A program made the position numbers and the translations under genes. A stretch of DNA of 64,000 nt from Candidatus Thorarchaeota archaeon (lineage in GTDB: Archaea; Asgardarchaeota; Thorarchaeia; Thorarchaeales; Thorarchaeaceae), in the NCBI GenBank assembly GCA_019057475.1, contig DXJO01000010.1, positions 43,460 through 107,459 of the forward strand. The letters run 5' to 3'. The notes below the pieces were generated by a model that was not told the DNA's origin, ran no database searches, and worked only from the letters and a program-made list of their open reading frames with translations. This document shows, piece after piece, positions 38,439 to 48,000 of this stretch (the stretch's first letter is position 1; each line of letters starts with the position of its first letter).

Positions 38439-38720
38439 TTAACCGCCACCCACAGGTGGGAACAGGGCGACAGCATCATTGTCGGCCAGCTCCGTTTCAT
38501 ATCTATCAAGCAGCTCGATTCGCTTGCCATTCACCATGCACGAGAAGAACTTTTTGAGCTCATCCGTCTTAGGGTCGATGACCACATCTATGAACGGTTT
38601 TCCAAACTGCTTCTTGAGTTTGTCCAGCAGCTCTCGTACATTCTTCGCATCCATCTCCATGCTCCTCATACCAGTAATCTCACGAACAGTGGCGAAGAAC
38701 TTCACAGTAACCGTTGCCAA
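38439..38720 (-). CDS. MoaD/ThiS/SAMP-type ubiquitin-like sulfur-carrier protein.
   Basis: 93-aa beta-grasp protein ending in ...PPVGGG (C-terminal Gly-Gly). Confidence 0.6.
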   Translation of the reverse strand: MATVTVKFFATVREITGMRSMEMDAKNVRELLDKLKKQFGKPFIDVVIDPKTDELKKFFSCMVNGKRIELLDRYETELADNDAVALFPPVGGG

Positions 38721-38814
38721 AGGTAGTCACCTAACACCGAACTCTGGAACCAAGAGATTAAAACACTTTCACTCTGACACTACGTCTCGCGATTCCAAAT
38801 GGAGTGTTGCACGA

Positions 38815-39699
38815 GTGGATATAGTCGTAGTTGGTCACCTCAGCAGAGACCTCTTAGTCACGCCGGAAACTACGAGAGAGATCTTGGGTGGGGGAACTGC
38901 ATACGCTATGCTGGCACCATCTCTTGGCATATCGAAGTGTGGGATAGTTAGCTGTATTGGCGATGACTTCGAACAGGCGTACATGAGGACTCTTGTGAAG
39001 TCAGGTCTTGACGTGACTGGTGTTGATCGAGGGGGACAGCATACAACACGATTCGTCAATCAATATGACTCCAACGGTGTTAGGACACAACGCGTCGAAG
39101 CAATCGCGGCACCAATCAGGAAGAACGCACTCTTGGAACACCATCTCCAGAGCCGGGCTATCCACTTCTGTCCTCTTATTGGAGAGATAGATATCTCGTG
39201 CATAAAGGCCGCGAAGGAGGCGGGTGTCTTAGTTTCACTGGACCCCCAAGGGTTTCTGCGCACCGTGCAGGGTGACCGGGTGGTTCCGAAGGAATGGACT
39301 GACCGCGCTGCTGTTCTAGAGCACGTTGATGTTCTGAAGCTCGACGAGGATGAGCTCCAGAGTGCCGTGGGCATTGCCACTGAACTCGATGCAGTAGGCA
39401 AGATTCTCAACGAAGGGCCTGAGATTGTGATTGTGACAAGGGATAGACGAGGATCGACAATCTACACTCAGGAGGACAAGATTGACATCCCGCTAATCTT
39501 GGCGGATCAGCTTGTTGACGCCACTGGTTCAGGTGACACCTATGCCGTCGGTTTCCTAATTGAGTATGCCAGGAATGAGAACCTGAGGCAAGCTGGAGTG
39601 TTCGGTGCCTCATGTGCCTCGTTCAATCTTGAAACCATGGGGCCCTATGAGATGCCTACTAGGGGACAGGTGGAATCTCGAATTAAGTCGTACGTATAG
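38815..39699 (+). CDS. PfkB/ribokinase-family sugar or nucleoside kinase.
   Basis: N-terminal GGG motif and DATGSGDTYAVGF anion hole. A GTG start at 38815 with GGAG 10 nt upstream is preferred, because the long ORF start at 38479 overlaps the MoaD gene. Confidence 0.6.
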   Translation: MDIVVVGHLSRDLLVTPETTREILGGGTAYAMLAPSLGISKCGIVSCIGDDFEQAYMRTLVKSGLDVTGVDRGGQHTTRFVNQYDSNGVRTQRVEAIAAPIRKNALLEHHLQSRAIHFCPLIGEIDISCIKAAKEAGVLVSLDPQGFLRTVQGDRVVPKEWTDRAAVLEHVDVLKLDEDELQSAVGIATELDAVGKILNEGPEIVIVTRDRRGSTIYTQEDKIDIPLILADQLVDATGSGDTYAVGFLIEYARNENLRQAGVFGASCASFNLETMGPYEMPTRGQVESRIKSYV

Positions 39700-39751
39700 C
39701 TGACGGAAGAAGGCTTTTCACATACCTAAATGGCATCTGAGCAAGACTGGA

Positions 39752-40945
39752 GTGACAACGGTGCTTGAAGATCTAGACGCTCTGATGGATGTAAATGAAA
39801 TTGATGCTCTCCTCGTTGTTGGCAATGTATTCGAGGTGCCAGATATCTACTGGCTCACAGGATTCAGGTCTCCGGATACTATCACCTACTTTCACAGTAA
39901 GGGCAACAAACCCGTTGGGATAGCTGGATTCAACACAATCAAACGAATTAAGACACAGAGTTTTCTAAAGAGAACGTACGACATCTCTGAACTCCTTCTG
40001 AAGTTCAGGAAGGCAGGAAAGAGGGCAGCCGATCGTCCTGACATCGTGTACGGGACAATCCTTCAGGAACACTTCACTGGCAAAATTCTGGGAGTTCCTA
40101 ATCATCTTCCAGCTCGGATACTTGTGGCTATCCAGAAGCTTGGATACACTGTCAAAGTGGTTCCAGACCTGCTCAAGGATGCACGTGCCACCAAGTCGAA
40201 GGCTGAGATCAAGACTATCAAGAAGGCAGGAGATGCTACAATCAGCGCGATTGAGCGAATTGCTAAGATGATTAAGAAGTCCAAGGTGGGACCAAAGAAG
40301 CAGCTCCTCTTGAAGAGTAATCCTCTGACCGTGCAGGACATTAAGCTCGCTCTTGAGCACTTCTTGCTGGACAGAGGGGCCGAGTCAGCAGAGGACGCGA
40401 TTGCCGCTGTGGGCAAGAAAGGCTTCGATTGGCACTATCTCGGAGCTCCAAAAGATGTGCTCAAGGCTGGAGTTCCCATAATCCTTGATGTCTTTCCTAG
40501 ACTGAAGCAGGAGAGGTATGTGGCAGACGTCACTCGCACTGTAGTCAAGGGGCAGCCGCATAAGAACGTGCACGCAATGTTCGAGGCGGTCATTGCCGCT
40601 TCAGATGCAGTCGTTGATGCGCTCACTGATGATGCGCCCATTGATGAAGTAAACATGGCTTGTTATCAAACATTGAAAAAGCACGGGTTTGATTCAACTA
40701 GGCTGAATCCTGAAGCTGTCGAGGGAATGACGCACGGTCTAGGTCATGGGATTGGCTTGGAAGTTCACGAGAATCCAAGCTTCTATGATCGGGAGGGGGG
40801 GTTCGTTGCGGGTCATGTTGTAGCGATTGAACCCGGTGTCTACCTGAAGGCTCATGGTGGCGTCAGAATCGAGAATGACTATGCAGTCACCACGCGAAAG
40901 CCTAAACGATTGACCATTGGACTCGACGACATCATGTACTTGTAG
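39752..40945 (+). CDS. M24-family Xaa-Pro aminopeptidase/prolidase.
   Basis: HGLGHGIGLEVHE plus pita-bread metal ligands. Confidence 0.7.
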   Translation: MTTVLEDLDALMDVNEIDALLVVGNVFEVPDIYWLTGFRSPDTITYFHSKGNKPVGIAGFNTIKRIKTQSFLKRTYDISELLLKFRKAGKRAADRPDIVYGTILQEHFTGKILGVPNHLPARILVAIQKLGYTVKVVPDLLKDARATKSKAEIKTIKKAGDATISAIERIAKMIKKSKVGPKKQLLLKSNPLTVQDIKLALEHFLLDRGAESAEDAIAAVGKKGFDWHYLGAPKDVLKAGVPIILDVFPRLKQERYVADVTRTVVKGQPHKNVHAMFEAVIAASDAVVDALTDDAPIDEVNMACYQTLKKHGFDSTRLNPEAVEGMTHGLGHGIGLEVHENPSFYDREGGFVAGHVVAIEPGVYLKAHGGVRIENDYAVTTRKPKRLTIGLDDIMYL

Positions 40946-40961
40946 CATATCGCCCATTCAG

Positions 40962-42074
40962 TCAGTTGTAGCTCAGGGCGTCATGCGGACAGACCGAGAT
41001 ACACATACCACAAGCTTGACATCTTGATTTGTCGAAGCGCAGTTCCTGTCCTTCCTTATCAGTTGATATTGCTTCATAGACACAGGACTTCTCACAGAGT
41101 CCACAGAGTGTGCATTTCTCCATGTCTACCTTTGGAGGTGGCGTGAAAACGATTTTCTTTGTGAGGTGCTTAAGCCCCAACCCTCGCACGTCTTCTACCG
41201 AGTCATAGCCATGAGCATCCAGCCACTTGTCCATCTCAGATGCAATGCGGCCATACACAGTCTGCCCCTCTAGGATTGCAGCTGTGCATACCTCGACAGC
41301 ATGAGCTCCGGCCATGATGAATTCTATCGCGTCTTCTCCGTCGCTAACTCCTCCCACACCGATCACAGGCTTTCGGATTGCCCGGGCGATGTCTGCCACA
41401 CACCGTATTGCTACTGGTTTTATTGATGCACCACTAAGCCAACCGTAGCCCGATTCACTCCCCAGCATGGGTTTACCGGTTTCTATGTCAATTCTGAGAC
41501 ATGGTCCCAGTGAGTTTATCGCGACCACTCCATCGACGTAAGGTTCCACTGACTTGGCTACTTCGACAACATCTACCTTCGGACTAAGCTTCGCAAAGAT
41601 GGGTATCTCAACAGCCTCACGCAACGCCTTTGCAATTTCGACATGCCCACCAACATAATGGGTACTGAATTCCAGTGCATGGACTCCCGCCTTCTCAATC
41701 TTCGGCGCGAGGCCAGCAACGTCTTCCGGAGTGTATCCTAGACTAGCAATCACAGGAAGACCAGTGTCCAATGCGATTTTGTATTCCTTGTCAAGCCACT
41801 GTTCAATCGGCAGCTCGCTCCATAGTTCTGCGTTGAGGATGCCCCGTCTTGAGCCTGCTCTTCCTTTGCGAACTGCAACAATGTTCGGGGTGGGCACTTT
41901 TGCAGCGCTCACGCTTACAGTCTTTGCAACGAGTCCGCCTGCGCCACCTTTTGCAGCCACGAGAAGAGTATCGCCGTCACGCGCTCCAGGGCCAGCAGCA
42001 GTAAGAACGGGATTCCTAAGAGTGAAACTTGTGACTTCGACACTGAGGTCAGCCATTTTATTTTCCTCTAGCAA
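40962..42074 (-). CDS. PreA-like dihydropyrimidine/dihydroorotate dehydrogenase catalytic subunit with a C-terminal 2x[4Fe-4S] domain.
   Basis: DHOD class-1 TIM barrel, then CTLCGLCEKSC and CQACGMCISVCP. Confidence 0.7.
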   Translation of the reverse strand: MLEENKMADLSVEVTSFTLRNPVLTAAGPGARDGDTLLVAAKGGAGGLVAKTVSVSAAKVPTPNIVAVRKGRAGSRRGILNAELWSELPIEQWLDKEYKIALDTGLPVIASLGYTPEDVAGLAPKIEKAGVHALEFSTHYVGGHVEIAKALREAVEIPIFAKLSPKVDVVEVAKSVEPYVDGVVAINSLGPCLRIDIETGKPMLGSESGYGWLSGASIKPVAIRCVADIARAIRKPVIGVGGVSDGEDAIEFIMAGAHAVEVCTAAILEGQTVYGRIASEMDKWLDAHGYDSVEDVRGLGLKHLTKKIVFTPPPKVDMEKCTLCGLCEKSCVYEAISTDKEGQELRFDKSRCQACGMCISVCPHDALSYN

Positions 42075-43995
42075 GCATCTTTCTCTTCGCTAGGTCGTCA
42101 GCAACATAATCGAGACCAAGCTCTTGAAGCTTCTCTCTCTTCGGAAATCCTGTTTCCCTGTCACAACCCCTGAAATCGTAGTACTCGTCCAGCATCTCGT
42201 CTAGGTCGGGAAGTCCACCCTTCGCTGGGCCTGTGGGCATGGGCTCCTTGAGCAGCCTTTGAGGTAAGTTCTCTTGCTTTCGCGTGATTCCTAGTCTGTG
42301 GTTATACGCGCGCCTCAGATGGCTAATCCTCTCAGCCGCCTGCTTTACGTATTTCGTGTCGGACCATTCAGTCATCCCCGTCAGCGGCGAGATAACATTC
42401 ACAAACGTATCATAGTAGTAAATTGGCGGCCACATCGTGGAATACTTGCAAATGACTGCAGAGTCAACTAACGCGTATAGGTCCTCAATGTCCTTGATAA
42501 TCTCACCCTTATGTTTTGGTGACATTATGTCCAGTATTTCATCGGCTTTCTCCGCACCGAATCTCTCACTCACAATATCCGGATAGCCCAGTTCTTCAAG
42601 ACTGGATAGACTCCTGAGATGGTCTGCTCCTCTCACATTAGTGGCGTAGGTGAGACCTACCGACTGGTGCGCTCTCGGATCTTGTCCTGAAGCCTCAAGC
42701 CCTTTCACATGCACCGCGTATTTCCAAGCGTCCCCGCCAATAATCTCAGCTGCTTTCCTCACGCCCTTGGAAAGCATGTCACCTATCCCCTCGCGTTTGC
42801 CAATCATCTCAACGAGCTTGACCATGGAGTCCACATTACCCCACGAGAGGTCGAGTCCATCGGTGTCCTTCTTTGTTAGAATGCCTTTCTCCCAAAGCTC
42901 CATTGCAAAGCCTATGGTCTTGCCGCATGAAATCGTATCCATCCCAATCAGGTCACACCTTGTACCCATATGGAATATGGACTCGACATCATTATTCAGA
43001 CAATTGGAACCAAATGCCATGAGTGTTTCGTATTCTGGCCCTCCTGCCGGCCCTCCTCCGAATGCGCCTTCCTTCACCTTGTATATGTATTTGCATCCAA
43101 TTGCGCATCCGTGACATGCCTCCTGAGTGGTTCGGTAATTCTCAGCAATTGTTTCAGGCCCGATATCATCAGCCTGCTCGTAGAACCCTGTCCAGTGATT
43201 TTTCGTAGGCAGTCTGCCTATCTCGTTGATGATGGCAACAAGGTCAGTTGTGCCGTACTTCCTCAAAGAAGCCAATGATGCAGTCCAGAGTGGGTCGTTT
43301 AGCTTGGCCATTTCCTCAGCATTGGCCTCTAGGTACTTGTCCATATCATGGACCTCAAGGCCAAGCGAACCCCTGCACGCAATGCCCTTCACATTCTTGG
43401 AACCCAAAACTGCTCCAATGCCACAACGGCCTGCGGCACGATAAACATCTACTATAACGCTGGCATACGATACCAACTTTTCTCCTGCTGTTCCAATTAC
43501 AGCGGTTTCGACAGCGGGGTCTTTGTGCTCCTCTCGAATCATCTGAGTGGTGATATCGGTTTCGCGTCCCCAAAGATCGGAAGCATCAAGAAGTTCAGCA
43601 TGTCCGTCACGGAGGAAGAGGTACACATGCTTCGGTGACCTGCCACGAATCACCACGAAGTCAAAACCTGCGTACTTCATCTCTGGTCCAAAGAATCCAC
43701 CTACATGGCTTTCAGCCCAGACGCCTGTGAGTGGCCCCTTTGCCGCGAACATCATTCGTCCTGACGGTGAGAACATAGAACCTGTGAGTGGCCCAGTACC
43801 TATGACAACCACGTTGTCCGGTGAGAGCGGATCTGTGTCTGGTCCGGTCGAGTCCCATAGTATCCTTGCTGCGACACCTGAGCCCCCCAAGTACAGTCGC
43901 GCCCATTCCTTCTCCATCTCGCGCTTGTGGATTTTACCCTTAGTAAGGTCGACATCCAGGTAGTGCCCTGCGTATCCCTTGTATGGAAACGTCAT
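42058..43995 (-). CDS. aor: Tungsten-containing aldehyde:ferredoxin oxidoreductase (AOR family), copy 2.
   Basis: Paralog of copy 1 with the same domain order. 645 aa. Confidence 0.85.
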   Translation of the reverse strand: MTFPYKGYAGHYLDVDLTKGKIHKREMEKEWARLYLGGSGVAARILWDSTGPDTDPLSPDNVVVIGTGPLTGSMFSPSGRMMFAAKGPLTGVWAESHVGGFFGPEMKYAGFDFVVIRGRSPKHVYLFLRDGHAELLDASDLWGRETDITTQMIREEHKDPAVETAVIGTAGEKLVSYASVIVDVYRAAGRCGIGAVLGSKNVKGIACRGSLGLEVHDMDKYLEANAEEMAKLNDPLWTASLASLRKYGTTDLVAIINEIGRLPTKNHWTGFYEQADDIGPETIAENYRTTQEACHGCAIGCKYIYKVKEGAFGGGPAGGPEYETLMAFGSNCLNNDVESIFHMGTRCDLIGMDTISCGKTIGFAMELWEKGILTKKDTDGLDLSWGNVDSMVKLVEMIGKREGIGDMLSKGVRKAAEIIGGDAWKYAVHVKGLEASGQDPRAHQSVGLTYATNVRGADHLRSLSSLEELGYPDIVSERFGAEKADEILDIMSPKHKGEIIKDIEDLYALVDSAVICKYSTMWPPIYYYDTFVNVISPLTGMTEWSDTKYVKQAAERISHLRRAYNHRLGITRKQENLPQRLLKEPMPTGPAKGGLPDLDEMLDEYYDFRGCDRETGFPKREKLQELGLDYVADDLAKRKMLARGK

Positions 43996-43997
43996 CT

Positions 43998-44510
43998 CTA
44001 CGCATCCACCTCCGAGAGGCCGTACGCTGTTCTTAGGTTCCGAACGCTATCACTTCGGCCCCGAAGTCCATGGCTGTCAGTTGATTGCAATGATATGGCC
44101 TGATACGTGCATGCGTCGATGCAGGCGGGTTCTCCTCCACAGAGGTCACACTTGATTGCCTTCCTAAGAAGAGGGTCTATCGCGATGCCCCCATAGATGC
44201 AGGCAGTTACACAGTTGGAGCATCCAATGCATAGGTCGTGATTAACCGTGAGAACACCAGCGCTGTTCTCAGAGATCGCACCTGTTGGGCAAGCCTCAGC
44301 ACAGAGCGGCGAATCGCACTGCAAACAGACCATCGGTATGACCATCGCCCGAAATTCCTCCTTGAGAATTTGGATTCTTGCACGAGCCGGGTTGAATGTA
44401 TTTGTGTGGTGTACTGAACAGGCCAGCTCACAGTTTCGGCAACCGGTACAGAGATTATTATCTATTGCAAGGGCTTTCCTCAAGTCACTCGAGCTCTCCT
44501 TGGTCACCAT
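43998..44510 (-). CDS. Polyferredoxin (4x[4Fe-4S]), partner of AOR copy 2.
   Basis: Four Cys clusters. The gap to AOR is 2 nt. Confidence 0.75.
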   Translation of the reverse strand: MVTKESSSDLRKALAIDNNLCTGCRNCELACSVHHTNTFNPARARIQILKEEFRAMVIPMVCLQCDSPLCAEACPTGAISENSAGVLTVNHDLCIGCSNCVTACIYGGIAIDPLLRKAIKCDLCGGEPACIDACTYQAISLQSTDSHGLRGRSDSVRNLRTAYGLSEVDA

Positions 44511-44699
44511 GTCAGGCTCTTCCCTCTTTCAACCGGTCCTTTAAGATGTTGCCATAGTCCCATGGAGTCTATCTATGCCGCCAGTGGCCCGTTGATATAT
44601 CACATTAAGATATATACAATGATGTGGGCCTGCAAATGTCGGACAGTTAGCTCTTCGATAGCTTTTCTGTTCTCTAGACTCCACTTGTTGGCCTGAATC

Positions 44700-46499
44700 A
44701 TGACTCCACAGACCAAGAAACCAACGACTGCATTTCGCTCAGCGAGAGCAAGAGATCAAGAGATGTTCGATAAGATATCTCTCGCAGTAGTGGAGTTTGA
44801 CCCTGAGCTAAACGTACTATATGCGAATCCGGCTGCACAGAATCTTCTAGGCATGAAACAGTCGGACATTGACACAGGATTGCACGTTTCTGATTTGGTT
44901 GTTTCCGAGCAGGTGAAACTTGTTCAGGAGGCTTTCAGACGCCTTCGGAATGGTGCTGAGCCTACTTCGCTCTCTCTAAGAGCAGTACGCAAAGATGGGA
45001 TTCAGATTCCCATTGAAGTGTTCGCCGACATGATTCATCACCGCGGCAAGCTCAAGGGCTATGTTGTGTACGCAACCGATATGACACGTCGCGCACAAAT
45101 CGTGGACAAGCTCAGAGAGAAAAGCGCGTTCTTCAAGACCGCCGTTGAATACTCGCATGTGGGCATATTCCAAGTAGGACACAACTTTAGATTCGAATAC
45201 ATGAATGACAGACTCTGCGATATGGTGGGCCGGACTCGGAGTGAGCTTCTGGGACACGATTTCCGCGAATTCCTTCACCCCGACAGTGTGGACCTTGTTG
45301 CAGACCGTTATGTGAGGCGACAACGTGGGGAAAAGGTACCATCGGTATATCAGTTCAAAATCGTCCGGAAGAACGGCACGCCAAGGGATGTAGAGATATC
45401 AAGCACCTCCATGATGGGTCGGGATGGTAGGATGAACACCATCGGCCAGATTCTGGACATCACAGAGGAAGTGGAGAGCAAACAAGCTCTTGGGGAGAGC
45501 GAACGTAGATACCGTGATCTTGTAGAAACCATGGATGACGGGTTGGCCACAGATGACGAGATCGGAGTGATTACCTACGTCAATGACGCTTTCTGCAAGA
45601 TGTTAGGTTATACTCGTGATGAGATAGTTGGCCTTTCAGGATACGAGATTTTTCACAGTATCACTCAGAACGGCTATGGCAACAAATCCATCGCCCGTGC
45701 GGAGGGGATCACCGAGCACTATGAGGCTGAATTGCTCGCCAAGAATGGTACAACAGTGCCGGTCATGGTTTCCGCTTGCCCACTCCCAACAGAGAGTGGG
45801 GATTACAAGGGAAGTTTCGCGTTATTCACTGACATTTCCGAACTCAAGAGTGTTGAGGCCGAAGCGCGCTTCCTACTTGATTTGATACTTCATGACATAG
45901 GCAACCAGTTGCAGTTGGTTCTTGCCGGTGCCGACCTTGCCAACAAGGAGTCGTCCCCCGAAGTCATTGAGACTGCCCAACAATACATCCTAGATGGTGC
46001 ACACCGTTGTATTGAGCTGATTCACAAGGTACGAAGTGCAGAGGAGTCAAAGGTTGAGCCTCTCAGGCCAATGGACTTGATTGAAGTGGTGGTTGGCGAG
46101 GCGCTTTTGCTTGCACGACAGCATGGCGTTACTCCTAAGATGAAGAATCTGCCAGAAACATTGATGGTTAATGCTGATAGTGCCCTGAGTCAGCTTGTAT
46201 GGAACCTCATGGAGAATGCAACAAAACATAACAGGAATCCTAAGAAGAGAATATGGATCAACGGACGGAGGGTGAGAGGGAACAAGTTCAAGATTACTAT
46301 TGCTGACAACGGGCCAGGTCTGAGTGATTCGAAGAAAATTCAGGTATTCAGCTCAGAACGGAGATTCGGTGGGGTGGGTCTTCATCTTGTGCGACGTCTG
46401 ATCAAGAAGTATGGCGCCATGCTTGAAATCAAGGACCGTGTGCGGGGCAGGCCAGGCAAAGGTCTCAAGGTTATAATCACGTTTGATATTCTCAAATAG
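44700..46499 (+). CDS. Multi-PAS sensor histidine kinase.
   Basis: 3-4 PAS repeats, H-box LHDIGNQLQ, N box ENATKHN, G1 DNGPGL, G2 GGVGL. Confidence 0.75.
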   Translation: MTPQTKKPTTAFRSARARDQEMFDKISLAVVEFDPELNVLYANPAAQNLLGMKQSDIDTGLHVSDLVVSEQVKLVQEAFRRLRNGAEPTSLSLRAVRKDGIQIPIEVFADMIHHRGKLKGYVVYATDMTRRAQIVDKLREKSAFFKTAVEYSHVGIFQVGHNFRFEYMNDRLCDMVGRTRSELLGHDFREFLHPDSVDLVADRYVRRQRGEKVPSVYQFKIVRKNGTPRDVEISSTSMMGRDGRMNTIGQILDITEEVESKQALGESERRYRDLVETMDDGLATDDEIGVITYVNDAFCKMLGYTRDEIVGLSGYEIFHSITQNGYGNKSIARAEGITEHYEAELLAKNGTTVPVMVSACPLPTESGDYKGSFALFTDISELKSVEAEARFLLDLILHDIGNQLQLVLAGADLANKESSPEVIETAQQYILDGAHRCIELIHKVRSAEESKVEPLRPMDLIEVVVGEALLLARQHGVTPKMKNLPETLMVNADSALSQLVWNLMENATKHNRNPKKRIWINGRRVRGNKFKITIADNGPGLSDSKKIQVFSSERRFGGVGLHLVRRLIKKYGAMLEIKDRVRGRPGKGLKVIITFDILK

Positions 46500-46591
46500 G
46501 CTCGTAATCTGAACTCTCTTCTAGCGCTCTTTGCACCGCAATCGTTATCTCTCACGCAGATGAGTTATCATGTTGCATCGGAGGTCATAGG

Positions 46592-47989
46592 ATGAAATCC
46601 GCTAAGTCACTCCTTGTCAAGAACGGCTACATTCTCACAATGAATCCCCGCAGGGAGATAATCCGAGATGGGACCGTGTACATCGAAGGTCAGAAGATTA
46701 TAGAAGTGGGCAAGAGTGAAGCACTGAAGAGTCGAAAGGCGGAGGTTGAGATAGACGCCCGGAATATGATCGTGATGCCTGGGCTCATTGACACCCATGT
46801 TCATCTCGCTCAAGCGCTGATTCGGGGGTGTGCCGATGATGTCGCATTGGTTGATTGGTTGAAGAACTACGTCTGGGTGTTGCAGGGGAATTTCACACAT
46901 GACGATGGCAGGGTGTCAGCAGAGCTCTGTATGGCCGAGATGATAAAGACGGGCACTACCGCTTTCGTTGAGTGCATGATTCATACTCGGTACGGTTTCG
47001 ATGGCATTGCGAAAGCGGTGGAACAGGCGGGAATGAGAGGTGCGCTTTCAAAGATAATCATGGACTCCACTGGATATGCCGATAGCCCCGACATCATGTA
47101 TCCTGGAATGGTCGAAGATGCTGATGCCTGCTTGAAGGAAACAGAAACTATGCTGGCGCGCTGGCATGGAAAAGCCGACGGACGGATTCAGGTGTGGTAC
47201 GGACTACGATCTCTTGGTGCTGTTAGCGAAGAGCTGTTCAAGGATGTGGGAAGACGTACTAGGTCCCACAAGACGCAAATGACAATGCATCTGGGTGAGG
47301 TGCCCGACGATGTCAGATACGTCCGGCAGAACCACGATATGAGCCTCACAGAGTTTGCTGAGACGCAGGGGCTTCTGGGACCAGAGATGATATTCGCTCA
47401 CGGGATTCATTTCGAGGAATCTGATCTCAAGCGGCTAGCTGAAACACGCTCCAACGTGAGTCACTGTCCTGCAAGCAACACGAAGCTGGCTTCAGGGTTT
47501 GCCAGGATTCCTCGCATGCTGGAACTTGGTGTACCTGTTTCACTAGGTTGTGACGGCGGACCAAGTAATAACACGTATGACATGATTCGTGAGATGCGCC
47601 TTGCAGCACTAATCCATAAGCCAATTGCTAACGACCCGTTGGTTGTCAGTGCTGAAGAAGTCATTGAGATGGCAACTCTCGGTGGTGCAGTTGCTATGGG
47701 TATCTCCGATACTGTCGGCTCTCTGGAACCCGGTAAACATGCAGATCTGATTCTTGTGGACATGAGCGATTTGGGGCTCACTCCAAACACCAATCCTGTT
47801 TCCAATCTCGTCTATGCAGGGTCTGGTCATGCGGTAGATACAGTAGTCGTGAATGGCAGACTGCTGATGAGAAACCGGGAACTACTGACCATGGATGAAA
47901 CCGAGGTGAAGAAGAAGGCTCTTAGACATAGCAAGGATCTCATAGAGCGAGCTGGCGTGGATATCAGTCCCAAGTGGCCTGTTCTCTAG
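46592..47989 (+). CDS. Amidohydrolase of the MtaD/SsnA/guanine-cytosine deaminase family.
   Basis: MPGLIDTHVHLAQ ... HCPASN ... D ligand pattern. Confidence 0.7.
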   Translation: MKSAKSLLVKNGYILTMNPRREIIRDGTVYIEGQKIIEVGKSEALKSRKAEVEIDARNMIVMPGLIDTHVHLAQALIRGCADDVALVDWLKNYVWVLQGNFTHDDGRVSAELCMAEMIKTGTTAFVECMIHTRYGFDGIAKAVEQAGMRGALSKIIMDSTGYADSPDIMYPGMVEDADACLKETETMLARWHGKADGRIQVWYGLRSLGAVSEELFKDVGRRTRSHKTQMTMHLGEVPDDVRYVRQNHDMSLTEFAETQGLLGPEMIFAHGIHFEESDLKRLAETRSNVSHCPASNTKLASGFARIPRMLELGVPVSLGCDGGPSNNTYDMIREMRLAALIHKPIANDPLVVSAEEVIEMATLGGAVAMGISDTVGSLEPGKHADLILVDMSDLGLTPNTNPVSNLVYAGSGHAVDTVVVNGRLLMRNRELLTMDETEVKKKALRHSKDLIERAGVDISPKWPVL

Positions 47990-48000
47990 TAGTGATGGGC

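Noticed and set aside
38479-38814. Long 5' extension of the PfkB ORF.
   Set aside because: It overlaps the entire antisense MoaD-like gene. The translated extension is Ser-rich, low-complexity sequence. A GTG with an RBS at 38815 fits the family N-terminus.
42650-43963. Several + strand ORFs of 60-154 aa.
   Set aside because: They are antisense to AOR copy 2. They are Pro/Ser-rich and lack motifs.
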